DNA of 64,000 nucleotides from Felis catus (taxonomy: Eukaryota). The notes beneath the pieces are model-generated. The model was not told where the DNA came from and did no database searches. It was given only the letters and a program-made list of their open reading frames with translations. The stretch is taken from positions 136,464,001 through 136,528,000 of the forward strand of contig NC_058368.1 in NCBI RefSeq assembly GCF_018350175.1. The letters run 5' to 3'. Made by a program: the position numbers and the translations under genes. Every line of letters begins with the position of its first letter. Within the stretch, counting starts at the first letter, position 1. Below are positions 48,581 through 59,340 of this stretch, piece by piece.

Positions 48581-48829
48581 AATTTACTCAGATTCTTCCT
48601 TGCCTTAGAACATAGGGACGTGGATTGAGTCATGAATCGCCTCTGTCACACAATTATGGAGGACGTTACAAAATGTGGCAGTGAGAGGAGCTTCTGGTTG
48701 AGCCCCAGAATGATGGTTTGGGGGAGCTGTGGGGACAGTCACTCCCCAAAACCTCAGATGAGGGGACTGTCTAGTCAGACCTGGTAAGGGGTCAGGCAGC
48801 CCTGCTCACAGCTAGATCTCCTTTACCAC

Positions 48830-49580
48830 ATATGTTCCTTTACCCTTCCTCCTTTATGATATATATAGATCATAAATGTTACATCTGCATATATTAAGAC
48901 CCCCCTAATCCCCAATGATGTTATAATTTTGGGTTTTAATAGTCATACGTATTTGGAAAACCTAAGAGGAGAAAAGTCTTTTATTATGTTTATTTAGCAG
49001 TTTACCATTTCTGTTGCTCTTTCTTCTTGTCTGAAGTTCTGATTTTCCCTCTGGGATCATTTTCTTCTATCCGAAGAACTTCCTTTAACATTTATTTTAG
49101 AGCAGGTCCGTTGGCAATGAAAGCTCTTAGTTTTGCTTTATCTGAGAATGTCTTTATTTCATTTCTGAAGGATATTTTCATGGGATGTAGAATTCTGAGT
49201 TGACAGTTCTTTTGTTTCTGGTCTGTATAGTTGCTGTCAGAAATCTGCAATCAAATTTTTATTCTCCTACTTCTAGCATGCCATTTTTCTCTGGCTGCTT
49301 TCGAGATTTCTTTATATCCTTTGGTTTTTACAGTTTGATTATGATGGTTTTATTTGAATTTATCCTGTTTGATGTTCCCTGAGCTTCTTGCATCTGTAAA
49401 TTTATGTCTTTCACCAAATCTGGGAAATTTGTTGTCATTACTTCTTCAAAAAGTTTCTTCCATATCAATATCTTTTCCTTCTCAGGGACTCCAATCACAT
49501 GTACATAAAGATCTTTTTAGATTGTCCCATAGGTCCTCAGGCTCTGTTTATTTTTCAACCCATTTTCTGTCCTTTTTGCT
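48830..49580 (-). mobile_element. old L1 (L1MD/ME-type), left part of host element
   Basis: TCTGAGAATGTCTTTATTTC, GAAGGATATTTTC and TAGAATTCTG antisense L1M motifs. Confidence 0.8.
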
Positions 49581-49592
49581 TTATTTTTGTTT

Positions 49593-50600
49593 TTCCTAAC
49601 TTTTATTTTATCTGAAAGGTGACATACAAGGTTCCATTAGTTTCAGGGTACTACGTAGTTATTCAGTCTCTCTATGTTATACAATGCTCACCACAAGTGC
49701 ATTTACCATCTGTCATGATACATTGCTATTAAAACATCATTCACTGTGTTCCCTATGCTGTGCCTTTTATTCCCATGACTTACTCATTTCATAACTGCAA
49801 GCCTGTATCACCCAGTATGCATCATCCATTTTGTCCATGGTTCCACCTCCCTCCTTGGCAACCATCAGTCTGTTCTCTGTATTTACAGGTCTCATTCTGC
49901 TTTTTGTTAGTTTATTCACTGGTTTTGCTTTTTAAATTACACATAGAAGTGAAATCATATGGTATTTATCTTTCTCAGACTGACATATTTCACTTAGCGT
50001 AATACCCTCTAGGTCCATTCATGTTATTGCAAATACCATGACCGCTTTTTAGTGGTTGCATAATATTCCATCGTATATACACCACATCTTCTTTATCCAC
50101 TTGTCTATTGACAGACACGTAGGTTGCTTCCATACCTTGGCTGTTGTAAATAATGTTGCAATAAACATAAAGGTGCATATATCTTTTCACATTAGTGTTT
50201 TTGATTTCTTTGAGTTACTACCCACTAGTAGAATTATTGGCTCATATGATATTTCCATTTTTAATTTTTTGAAGGACCTCCATTCTGTTTTCCAAGTGAC
50301 TGTACCAATTTACACTCTCACCAGTATTATTTTTTCTCCATATCCTTACCAACACTTGTTATTTCTTGCCTTTTTGATTTTAGCCATTCTGACAGGTATA
50401 AGGTGATATCCCATTGTGGTTTTGATTTGCATTTCCCTGATGATGTTGAGCATGTTTTCATAAGCCTCTTGCCATATATCTGTCATGGAAACATGTCTAT
50501 TCAGGTCCTTTGGCCATTTTTTAATTGGATTGTTTGTGTTTTGTGTTTTTTTTTTTGTTTGTTTCTTATTTTTGGTGTTGAGTTATGTAAGTTTTTTATG
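49593..50600 (-). mobile_element. carnivore L1 3' segment (ORF2 C-terminus plus 3' UTR)
   Basis: Reverse strand encodes [14 protein letters not shown]...[12 protein letters not shown]. Confidence 0.9.
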
Positions 50601-51695
50601 CATCTTTTCCAACCACGATGGTATTAAGCTAGAAATCAGTCACAAGAAAATAATGGAAAAACCCCATAAACATGTGGAGGTTAAACAAAATGATGCTAAA
50701 CAGCCAAAAGGTCAAGAAAGCAATCAAAAAAAGAAATCAAGCGTTGCTTGGATGGCTCAGTCAGTTAAACATCTGAATCTTGATCTTGACTCAGGTCATG
50801 ATCTTACATTTCATAGGATCAAACCCCATGTTAGCCTCCATACTGAGTGTGGAGCTACTTGGGATTCTCTGTCTCCCCCTATGCCCACTCCCCCTACTTG
50901 TGCTCACTCTCTTGCTTTCAAAATAAATATTCAAAAAAGAAAGAAAGAAATCAGAAAATACATGGAGACAAGTGAAAATGAAAACACGATGGTCCAAAAT
51001 CTTTGGGATGCAGTGAAAGCTGTTCTAAGAGAAAAATATATAGCAATACAGGTATATTTAAAAAAACAAGAAAAAACTCAAATAAATAACCTAACTTTAC
51101 ACCTACATGAACTAGAAAAAAGAATAAAGTACAAGGTGAGTAGAAGGAAGGAAATAATACAGATCACAGCAGAGATAAATGACATAGAGGCTAAAATAAC
51201 GGTAGAAAAGTCAGTGAAACCAAGAGCTGATTCTTTGAAAGGATAAGCAAAATTTAGTTAGATGCATCAAGGGAAAAAGAAGGAGGACCCAAATAAATAA
51301 AATAAGAAATGAAAGAGGAGCAGTAGCAACTGACAACACAGGAATACAAAGGTTTATAAGAGAATACAATGAAAATTTATATGTCAACAAATTGGACAAC
51401 CTAGAAGAAATAGATAGATGCCTAAAAACATAAAATCTTCCAAAACCAAATTAGGAAGAAATAGAAAATCTGAACAGACCAATTATTAGTAACAAAATTG
51501 AATCAGTAATAAAAAAATACCAAAAAGTAAAAGTTCAGTACCAGATAGATTCACAGGTGAATTCTATCAAACATTTAAAGAAGAACTAATACCTATTCTT
51601 CTCAAACTACACCAAAAAATAGAAGAGGAAGGAAAGCTGTCAGATACATTCTATGAGGCCAGAATTACCCTGATCCCCGAACCAGACAAAGACAC

Positions 51696-51730
<35 letters not shown>

Positions 51731-52360
51731 ACAGAAGACTACAGGCCAGTATCCCTGAGGAACATAAATCCTGAACAAAATATTAGCAAATTGCATTCAA
51801 CAATACACTGAAAGGATAATTCACCAAGGTTAAGTAGGATTTATTTCAGAGTTGAAAGGATAGTTCAGTATTCACACATCAATCAACATGATACACCATA
51901 TCAACAAAACAAAGGATAAAAATCACATGATCATTTCAATAGATGCAGTAAAAGCATTTGACAAAATTCAACATCTGTTCATGATAAAGTTCTCAACAAA
52001 GTAGGTTTAGAAGGAACACACCTCATCATAATAAAGGCCAAATATAAAAAACCCACAGCTTATATCATCTCAATGGTTAAAAACAGTTTTTCCTTTAAGA
52101 TCAGGAACAAGACAAAGATGTCTACTCTCACCACTTTTATTCAACATAGTTATGGAAGTCATAGCCACAGCAATTAGATAAGAAAAACAAATGAGGCATC
52201 CATACTGGTAAAAAAGAAGTTAAACTGTCACTATTTGCAGATGACCTGATACTATACATAGAAAACTCAAAAGACTCCATCTAAAAACTACTAGAAGTAA
52301 TAAATGAATTCAGTAAAGCTGCAGGATTCAAAATTAATACCCAGAAATTGGTAGCATTTT
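50601..52360 (+). mobile_element. carnivore L1 ORF2 segment (endonuclease end to RT), inverted relative to 49593-50600
   Basis: IFSNHDGIKLEI, QNLWDAVKAVLR, LFADDLILYIEN, AGFKINTQKLVAF; contains stops and frameshifts. Confidence 0.92.
50741..50940 (+). mobile_element. CAN-SINE inside L1 ORF2
   Basis: TSD AAAGAAATCA. Confidence 0.9.
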
Positions 52361-52399
52361 TGTTTGTTACTTATATCATACGTAGAATTTTGGTTGATG

Positions 52400-53090
52400 T
52401 ACCCTCACGTTAAGGAATGTTTTTTCTGTTTTTTTTCTACTTTTTTTTGAAGACCACCTCCAATTATTTGAGTCTCTGTAGTGAACTTTTTATTTTCGAT
52501 AATGTATTTATCATTCTCAAATCCCATGTAGTTCTCTTGTTTGGTTTCTGTTTCTTTGTTGTGAACTTTTCATTCATTTCAAGAGTGTTCACTTTTACCT
52601 CAATGATAATAATAGATGCTTTAAGGTCTTTATTTGCTAATTCCAATATCTGGGTCATCTTGGAGTTGGAATGTGTTGATTGTCTCTTTCCTCTGAGAAT
52701 TGGTCAGATTTTCCTGGTTCTTGATGTGCTGGGTAATTTTAGATGATACCCAGCACAGTTTGTATATTAAGTAGTGAGACTCTGGGTCATGTTAAAATCC
52801 TCCAAAGAATGTGGAGCCTTTTGTTTTAGCAGACAATCATGCCAGTTAGATTTAGACTACAAGTTCTGTCTCATCTTCTGAGAGTGGTGGTTCCATTGCC
52901 CATACAGTTTTCAAAGGCTTCGCTCTCCTTTTGTGGGCTGCCCCTTGCCTATGCCACTCGGGGTAGTCTGGGACTTGAGCAGTGATATATATGGTTCAAT
53001 TCTCAAAGATTTTCTATGCTTCTTGGGATGTGTTCCACACATGCACACTTGGCTGTGAGCTCAGGATTTGTGTTGGCTCACACATAGAAA
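52400..53090 (-). mobile_element. old L1 ORF1/5' region, right part of host element
   Basis: ORF 52464-52658 MTQILELANKDLKASII resembles the N-terminus of old L1M ORF1. Confidence 0.75.
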
Positions 53091-53100
53091 TGTATATCCT

Positions 53101-53325
53101 GGGGCACCTGAGTGGCTCAATTGATTAAGTGTCTGACTTTGGCTCAGGTCATGATCTCACAGTTCCATGAGTTCGAACCTCATATCAGGTTCTCTGCTGT
53201 CAATGTGGAGCCTGATTGGCATCATCTGTCTCCCTCGCTTTGCCCCTCCCCTGTTCATGTGTGGGTGTTCTCGCTCTCTCTCGTGCACGCACGCACACTC
53301 TCTAAATTTAACATTAAAAACAAAA
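53101..53325 (+). mobile_element. CAN-SINE
   Basis: TSD AAATGTATATCCT at 53088-53100 and 53326-53338. Confidence 0.93.
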
Positions 53326-53766
53326 AAATGTATATCCTTACCTGGCTTCTGTTTATGTTAACATTTTACATAACCATGGCACATTAATCAAGACTAAGAA
53401 ATTGACATTGATAAAATACTACTAACTAAAGTGCACACTTTATTCTAATTTCCCAGTTTTTCCATTAATGTCTTTTTTCTGCTTCAAGATCCAGGGGACC
53501 ACATTACATTTAGTCATCATGTCATCTTAGTCTCCCCCAAACTTTAATAGTTCCTCAATCTTTCTTTGGCTTTCACGACTTTAATACTTTTGAAGAGTAG
53601 TAGTCAGATATTTTATAAAATGTCCCTCAATTTAGGTTTATCTGGTGTATTTTCATTAGTAGGCTGAGGTTATGGACTTTCAGAAAAATATCACAGACAG
53701 GAAGTACTCTTCTCATCCTGTGATATCAGTGGGTACACGACATCAACATGATTTATCACTTGATCA

Positions 53767-53989
53767 TTTTTTTTTTAATTTTTTTTCAACGTTTATTTAT
53801 TTTTGGGACAGAGAGAGGCAGAGCATGAACGGGGGAGGGGCAGAGAGAGAGGGAGACACAGAATCGGAAACAGGCTCCAGGCTCTGAGCCATCAGCCCAG
53901 AGCCTGACGCGGGGCTCGAACTCACAGACCGTGAGATCGTGACCTGGCTGAAGTCGGACGCTTAACCGACTGTGCCACCCAGGTGCCCC
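53767..53989 (-). mobile_element. young CAN-SINE (SINEC_Fc)
   Basis: Near consensus; TSD GATCATTTTTTTTT. Confidence 0.97.
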
Positions 53990-54238
53990 GATCATTTTTT
54001 TTTAAGGAGATATTTGCCAGGTTTCTCCATAGTAATGTTACTATATTTCTGCTTACACGTATAATTCATTAGAACTGAGTCTCTACTTCTAGCCCATACC
54101 AAAGGGGATTAAGCACCCCTTTCTGGAGGTCAGGGTATCAAAGTATTTGTGATCATATGTTAAAAAACCATCATAATAATTAGAAAATTTGGGGATAAAT
54201 ATGTTGAAGGTATGTTTCCCCTTAAATTTCTTCCACTA

Positions 54239-54447
54239 GGTGTGCCTGGGTGGCTCAGTTGATTGGGCTTCCAATTTCAGCTCAGGTCATAATCTCACCT
54301 CCCATGGGTTCCAGCCCCACGTCGGGCTCTGTGCTGACAGCTCAGAGCCTGGAGCCTGCTTTGGATTCTGAGTCTCCCTCTCTCTCTGACCCTTCCCTGC
54401 TCACACCCTGTCACTCTCTCAAAAATAAATAAACATTAAAAAAAATA
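54239..54447 (+). mobile_element. CAN-SINE
   Basis: TSD-like AAATTTCTTCCACTA / AAATTTGTTACACTA. Confidence 0.94.
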
Positions 54448-54639
54448 AATTTGTTACACTAATTTTAGTGTTTATCAATGGATCCTGCTTAGAAACCAGT
54501 ATCTGGGCCCTGGGTATGCTTGTGGCTACTGAGATGTCACACTTTATCGGCTCTCCCGGCAGACGGAGCTAGGAAACACATAGATGTATACTAACCAATG
54601 TATCCTTATAGCAGTTGGTTCAGATCTCTCCTAAAAGAA

Positions 54640-54820
54640 ATCTCCTGTGAGGTGCCATCATCTACCTTGCTTTATAGTTGTTTGTGTACACAGCTTACAT
54701 TCTCTACCACCTCATAAACTTTTACAGAGCAGAGTTCATGCCTGAGGCATTTATATATCCACTCTGGTGCCTAGCACATAATTGGAACCTGTCGTGTGTT
54801 CATTGTTTGAGTAAATGAGT
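54640..54820 (+). mobile_element. L2 3' end
   Basis: GGTGCCTAGCACATAATTGG...TGTTTGAGTAAATGA. Confidence 0.65.
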
Positions 54821-54853
54821 TGTTGTGATCACAGCCTTTATGCTAATCTTTTG

Positions 54854-55060
54854 AAAAAAATTTTTTAACGTTTGTTTATTTTTCTTTGAGAGAGCATGAC
54901 TGGGGGAGGGGCAGAGAGAGAGGGAGACACAGAATCGGAAGCAGGTTCCAGGCTCTAAGCTGTCAGCACAGAGCCCGATGTGGGGATCGAACTCACAGAC
55001 TGTGAGATCATGACCTGAGCTGAAGTCAGACACTTAACTGACTGAACCACCAGGTGCCCC
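54854..55060 (-). mobile_element. CAN-SINE
   Basis: SINEC_Fc-like body reversed. Confidence 0.95.
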
Positions 55061-55125
55061 TTGTCTTTTTTTTTTTTTTTTTTAACGGCAGGAGCCACAG
55101 ATATTGATTTGAGTGTTGTTATTTA

Positions 55126-55350
55126 GGGGCGCCTGGGTGGCTCAGTCGGTTGAGCGTCCGACTTCAGCCAGGTCACGATCTCGCGGTCCGTGACTTCGAG
55201 CCCCGCGTCGGGCTCTGGGCTGATGGCTCAGAGCCTGGAGCCTGCTTCCAATTCTGTGTCTCCCTCTCTCTCTGCCCCTCCCCTGTTCATGCTCTGTGTC
55301 TCTCTGTCCCAAAAATAAATAAACAACGTTAAAAAAATTAAAATAAAAAA
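55126..55350 (+). mobile_element. young CAN-SINE (SINEC_Fc)
   Basis: CpG-rich, GGGGCGCCTGGGTGGCTCAGTCGG head. Confidence 0.97.
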
Positions 55351-55367
55351 ATAAAGTTATTAAAATA

Positions 55368-55587
55368 GGCGTGCTTGGATGGCTCGGTTGGTTAAGCATC
55401 CGGCTCTTGGTTTCGGCCCAGGTCATGATCTCATGGTCTGTGAGACTGAGCCCTGCATAGGGTTCCATGACCACACGGAGCTAGCTTGGGATTCTCTCTC
55501 TTCCTCTCCCCGACCTGTTCGCCACCCCTCCCCAACTTGGGCATGCTTCTCTCTCTCTGTCCCTCAAAATAACTAAACTTAAAAAAT
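55368..55587 (+). mobile_element. CAN-SINE (older type)
   Basis: TSD-like ATAAAGTTATTAAAATA / ATAAGGTTATTAGAATA. Confidence 0.9.
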
Positions 55588-57699
55588 CATAAGGTTATTA
55601 GAATAAAGTTTTGCTACTTGTGGGGAGATGCACTCATGTAGAACAACTCGGTCCTTTGCCATGCTGGAAGCAGGAAAGGTTCCTACACTGTTACTGAGAC
55701 AGCTGCTGTTCAGAGAACTCTGATTGGTTGCCTGGCAGGGGACAAGCTGTGCTCTTGTTTGGGGTTCCCATATTTAGCTCTCCCACAGATGCCTGAGGCT
55801 AGTGCTTTATCTGCCCTGCCCCCAACAGGCCTGGTCCCACTGCTTCACTCCCCCTTATCCATTCGCTGTCAAACACATCCGAACAAACGTTTTGTGCTTT
55901 CACCAGTCCACTCCTTCAGTGCTCGCGGAACCCAGGGCCTGTGGTCGTAGTTTTACAACTCGGGAAGCCTGTCCACCTGTCGGCTTGGTTCCTTATTTGC
56001 AAGCCTGTTTTGAGCTTCTGGGTATCTCTCAGGCCTTCTGGGTAGGAATCTAGACCGTCTCTGTTTCTGCTTGTTTCTGATTGTTCTCCCAGACACTGAC
56101 ACCTCCTCTTGCCCTCTCCTTACCCTGCTTTGATATTAGGAGGGCAGGCTGTCAATAAGCCAATGCTCAGCCAGCACCCTGGGGTGGTTGGATGGGGTGC
56201 GGGGTGGGGGGTGCTTGGCTTGCTGGGGAAGTGTGCAGCCAGGGCTGCCAGCGCCCAGACAGTGGCTTTCTCCTCTTGCTGGATTGTCTCCCGCCAGAGC
56301 CTGCAGCCCAGAGTCGACTCTTATTGTTTGATCTGCCTGAACCTGGCTCAACAGCTTACAGGGAACCAGGAGGGCAGAGGGGCTCCTTGCGGGTAGGCAG
56401 CTCAGATTCACACGGGTTGCTGTGAACTGCGACCTGGTATTTACTTTGGCTGTTGGCTCTAGGGATGCCTGTGAGAAGCTAAAGCACATTTTCCAAGGAG
56501 GCAGAGGGGGAGCTGAGAGTAAGAATGGGCCTAGGGAGACAGGGGTCAGGAGGGACTAGGAGACGGGAGGAGGCATGAGTATCTTCCCAGGACCTTGCAG
56601 CCAGCAGGAGATGAGAGTCCTGCCCAGAGGATCAGCAATGACGTGGCATCTTTGTTCTCATGTCTGTGTACACACTCCCGTTTCTCTGTCTCAGAAGTCT
56701 GTAATGCAGAGTGATAGAGAGCAGCACCCTATTCATACCCTGAAAGTCACTGATGGAAACAGGAGGGACTCCATCAACTCTTACCTGCCTCTCTGAGGCG
56801 CATAGCTGAACTATCCCTGGACCTTGTGGAACCATTGGCCCTCTCCATGCCCACCCCAGGGGCTGTTTCCCGGGCAGTCTCTCAGGAGCTCTGCAAAGGA
56901 CTGGTCTGCATTTGCTTCTCGCACACCCCAGGCTCCTTGTCCCTCAGGCCCTGCCCATCTGTTTTGTCTGAGCTGATGAGAGGCCAGCATGCAGAGCAAG
57001 CCTGCCCCAGGGACAGGGGCAGTGCTGTGCGTCTGAGTCCTTAACTCACTTTAATGGCTCCAGACCAGCTTCCTTCTCTCCTCAGTTAGGAGGTCATTCC
57101 ATAGTGTTCATTTCCTTTGTATTATTTTCTCCCTGGGTCTGGTTCACAGGCCCTTGTCCTGAAAACACAGACAGGGAGTGTCAGACTTCCACTCAGATTT
57201 ACCAAACTCCTTCACGCTGGCAGGAGATGATTTCCAAAGGCAAATTAACTTTGGAAGTTTCCAAGATACAGGAGACCCCGGGAACCACTGGGAAAATGTC
57301 TGATGGCCCTGGTGGCAGCCAGGGTGATCCTAAATTAAGGGGAAAGAGAACCTAGCAATACCTCAGAGAGCATCTCTTTGTGAACCTTCTAGAACAAATG
57401 TATTCTAACAAATGCCAAACTGTAAAAATACCACAGACAGTATTTTTAGGTGGATAGACACATATCTCTATTTTTCTTGAATAGCAGCCATTGAACCTAA
57501 TTTATTTATTCTTTTTTGGGAGGCTAAGTATCACAGGCTGCTAATACCATGATTTATTTTGAGATGTGTGGTGCTGTTCATCCCTCCCCTGAATGATCAT
57601 AGCCTACTGATCCTCTGGAGTTCTTGTATTTTTTTTTCCTACTTTTTCCCTTCTGTCTTACTTACTGCTAGGCTTTATGTCATAAAAATGAGTAGATAA

Positions 57700-59340
57700 C
57701 AATTATAAGGAATGCACACATACACAACTCTTAGAATTAATTAAAAAGTTCAGCCAAGTCAGGAGACAAAAATCAACCGTATTTGTATACATAAGCAATG
57801 AGCAGTAGAAAAAAACAATTCCATTCACAATATCATTAAAAAGAATGAAATGCTTAGGAAGAAATTTAACAGAAGAAGGGCAAGATTGTACCCTGAAAAT
57901 TACAAAGCACTTCTGAGGGAAATTAGAGGTCCAAATAAATGGAAATACATTTCATGTTTATGCTTTGGAAGACTCAATATTGTTAAAATGTCAGTTTTCT
58001 CCAAGTTGATCTACCGTTCTTATAAAAATTCCAGCCTTTTTTTCTTTCAATACAGAAAGTGGCAGGCTATTCCTAAAATTTATATGGAAAGCAAAAACCT
58101 AGAAAACCAATTTTGTGAAGAAAAAAAAAAAGAGAAAAGTTGGAGGACTTCCACGTCCCAATTTCAAAACTTACTATAAAGTGACAATTATTAAGACTAT
58201 GTGATACTGGCATATGGATAGGCATATAGATCAACAGAGTAGAACTGAGAGTCCATTAATAAACCTTTATACTTAAAGTCAGCTGATTTTATTTATTTTT
58301 ATTTTTTTATTTTTTTATTTTTTTTTTCAACGTTTATTTATTTTTGGGACAGAGAGAGACAGAGCATGAACGGGGGAGGGGCAGAGAGAGAGGGAGACAC
58401 AGAATCGGAAACAGGCTCCAGGCTCTGAGCCATCAGCCCAGAGCCCGACGCGGGGCTCGAACTCCCGGACCGCGAGATCGTGACCTGAGCTGAAGTCGGA
58501 TGCTTAACCGACTGCACCACCCAGGCGCCCCAAGTCAGCTGATTTTAATAAAGTCATAAGGCAATTCATTGGGGAAAGAAGATACATGAATTATCACTAA
58601 GGACCTGAAAAGATGCTCAACATCATCAGTCATGAGGGAAATGCTCATTCAAATCGCCACGAGATGCCATTTCACACCCGTCAGAATGGTTATAATCAAG
58701 AAGACAGATGATAACAAATACTGGTTAAGATGTAGAAAAGTCGGAACCCTCCTACGTTGCTGTGAACATGTAAAATGGAACAGCGATTTTGGAAAACAAT
58801 TTGACGATTTCTTTAAAAGTTAAATATAAATTTGCCATACAAAGTAGCAATTCTACTAGTAGGTCTCTACCCAAGAGAAATGAAAGCATATGTCCACACA
58901 AAGACTTGCAGACAAATGTTCACAGCAGCATTATTCATACAGCCCCAAACTGGAGACAGTCTGTATGTCCACCAGTTGGTGGATAGATATATAAAATGTG
59001 CTATATCCATACAATGGAATATTATTCGGTCGCAAAAAGGAGAGAAGTACTGATACCACATGGATGAGCCTCACAATCATTACACTCAGTCAAAGAGGCC
59101 AGACACAAAAGACTACATTTGTGTACTCTGAGTGTGTTTACAGGTAATATCTAGTCGAGGCAAATATGGGGAGAGAAAGGGGACATGCGGTTGGCTGCGG
59201 ATGGAAACAGGGATTAACTGCAGATGAGAAGGAGGGATTTTATGGTGATGATGAAGCTGTTCTACAACTCGAAGTTAGCGATGGCTACACATCTCTGTAG
59301 ACTTCTCTAGAGTACTTGAACTGTAGTCATATATTAAACT
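57700..59340 (+). mobile_element. old L1 (L1MB/MC-type) ORF2 3' part with internal deletion plus 3' UTR
   Basis: LYPENYKALLREI, GRLNIVKMS, REMLIQIATRCHFTPVRM, MFTAALFI. Confidence 0.88.
58292..58531 (-). mobile_element. young CAN-SINE (SINEC_Fc)
   Basis: Perfect 16-bp TSD AAGTCAGCTGATTTTA at 58276-58291 and 58532-58547. Confidence 0.97.

Larger units (their letters stand above)
53340..54605 (-). mobile_element. old L1 (L1MC-type) 3' UTR, split by two SINEs
   Basis: CCACATTACATTTAGTCATCATGTC, TACTTTTGAAGAGTA and AATGTCCCTCAATTT motifs. Confidence 0.7.

Noticed and set aside
50485..51246. 253-aa ORF, the longest in the window
   Set aside because: Chimera of antisense L1, ORF2 pieces (partly out of frame) and an inserted SINE; no evidence of a gene
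51697..51728. A32 run as a retrocopy tail
   Set aside because: Expansion of a native A tract within L1 ORF2; L1 sequence continues on both sides
4800..58531. Recurrent ORFs such as AQSVKHPTSAQVMIS and tRNA-like A/B boxes
   Set aside because: All are CAN-SINE sequence with a tRNA-derived head; not a gene family or tRNA genes
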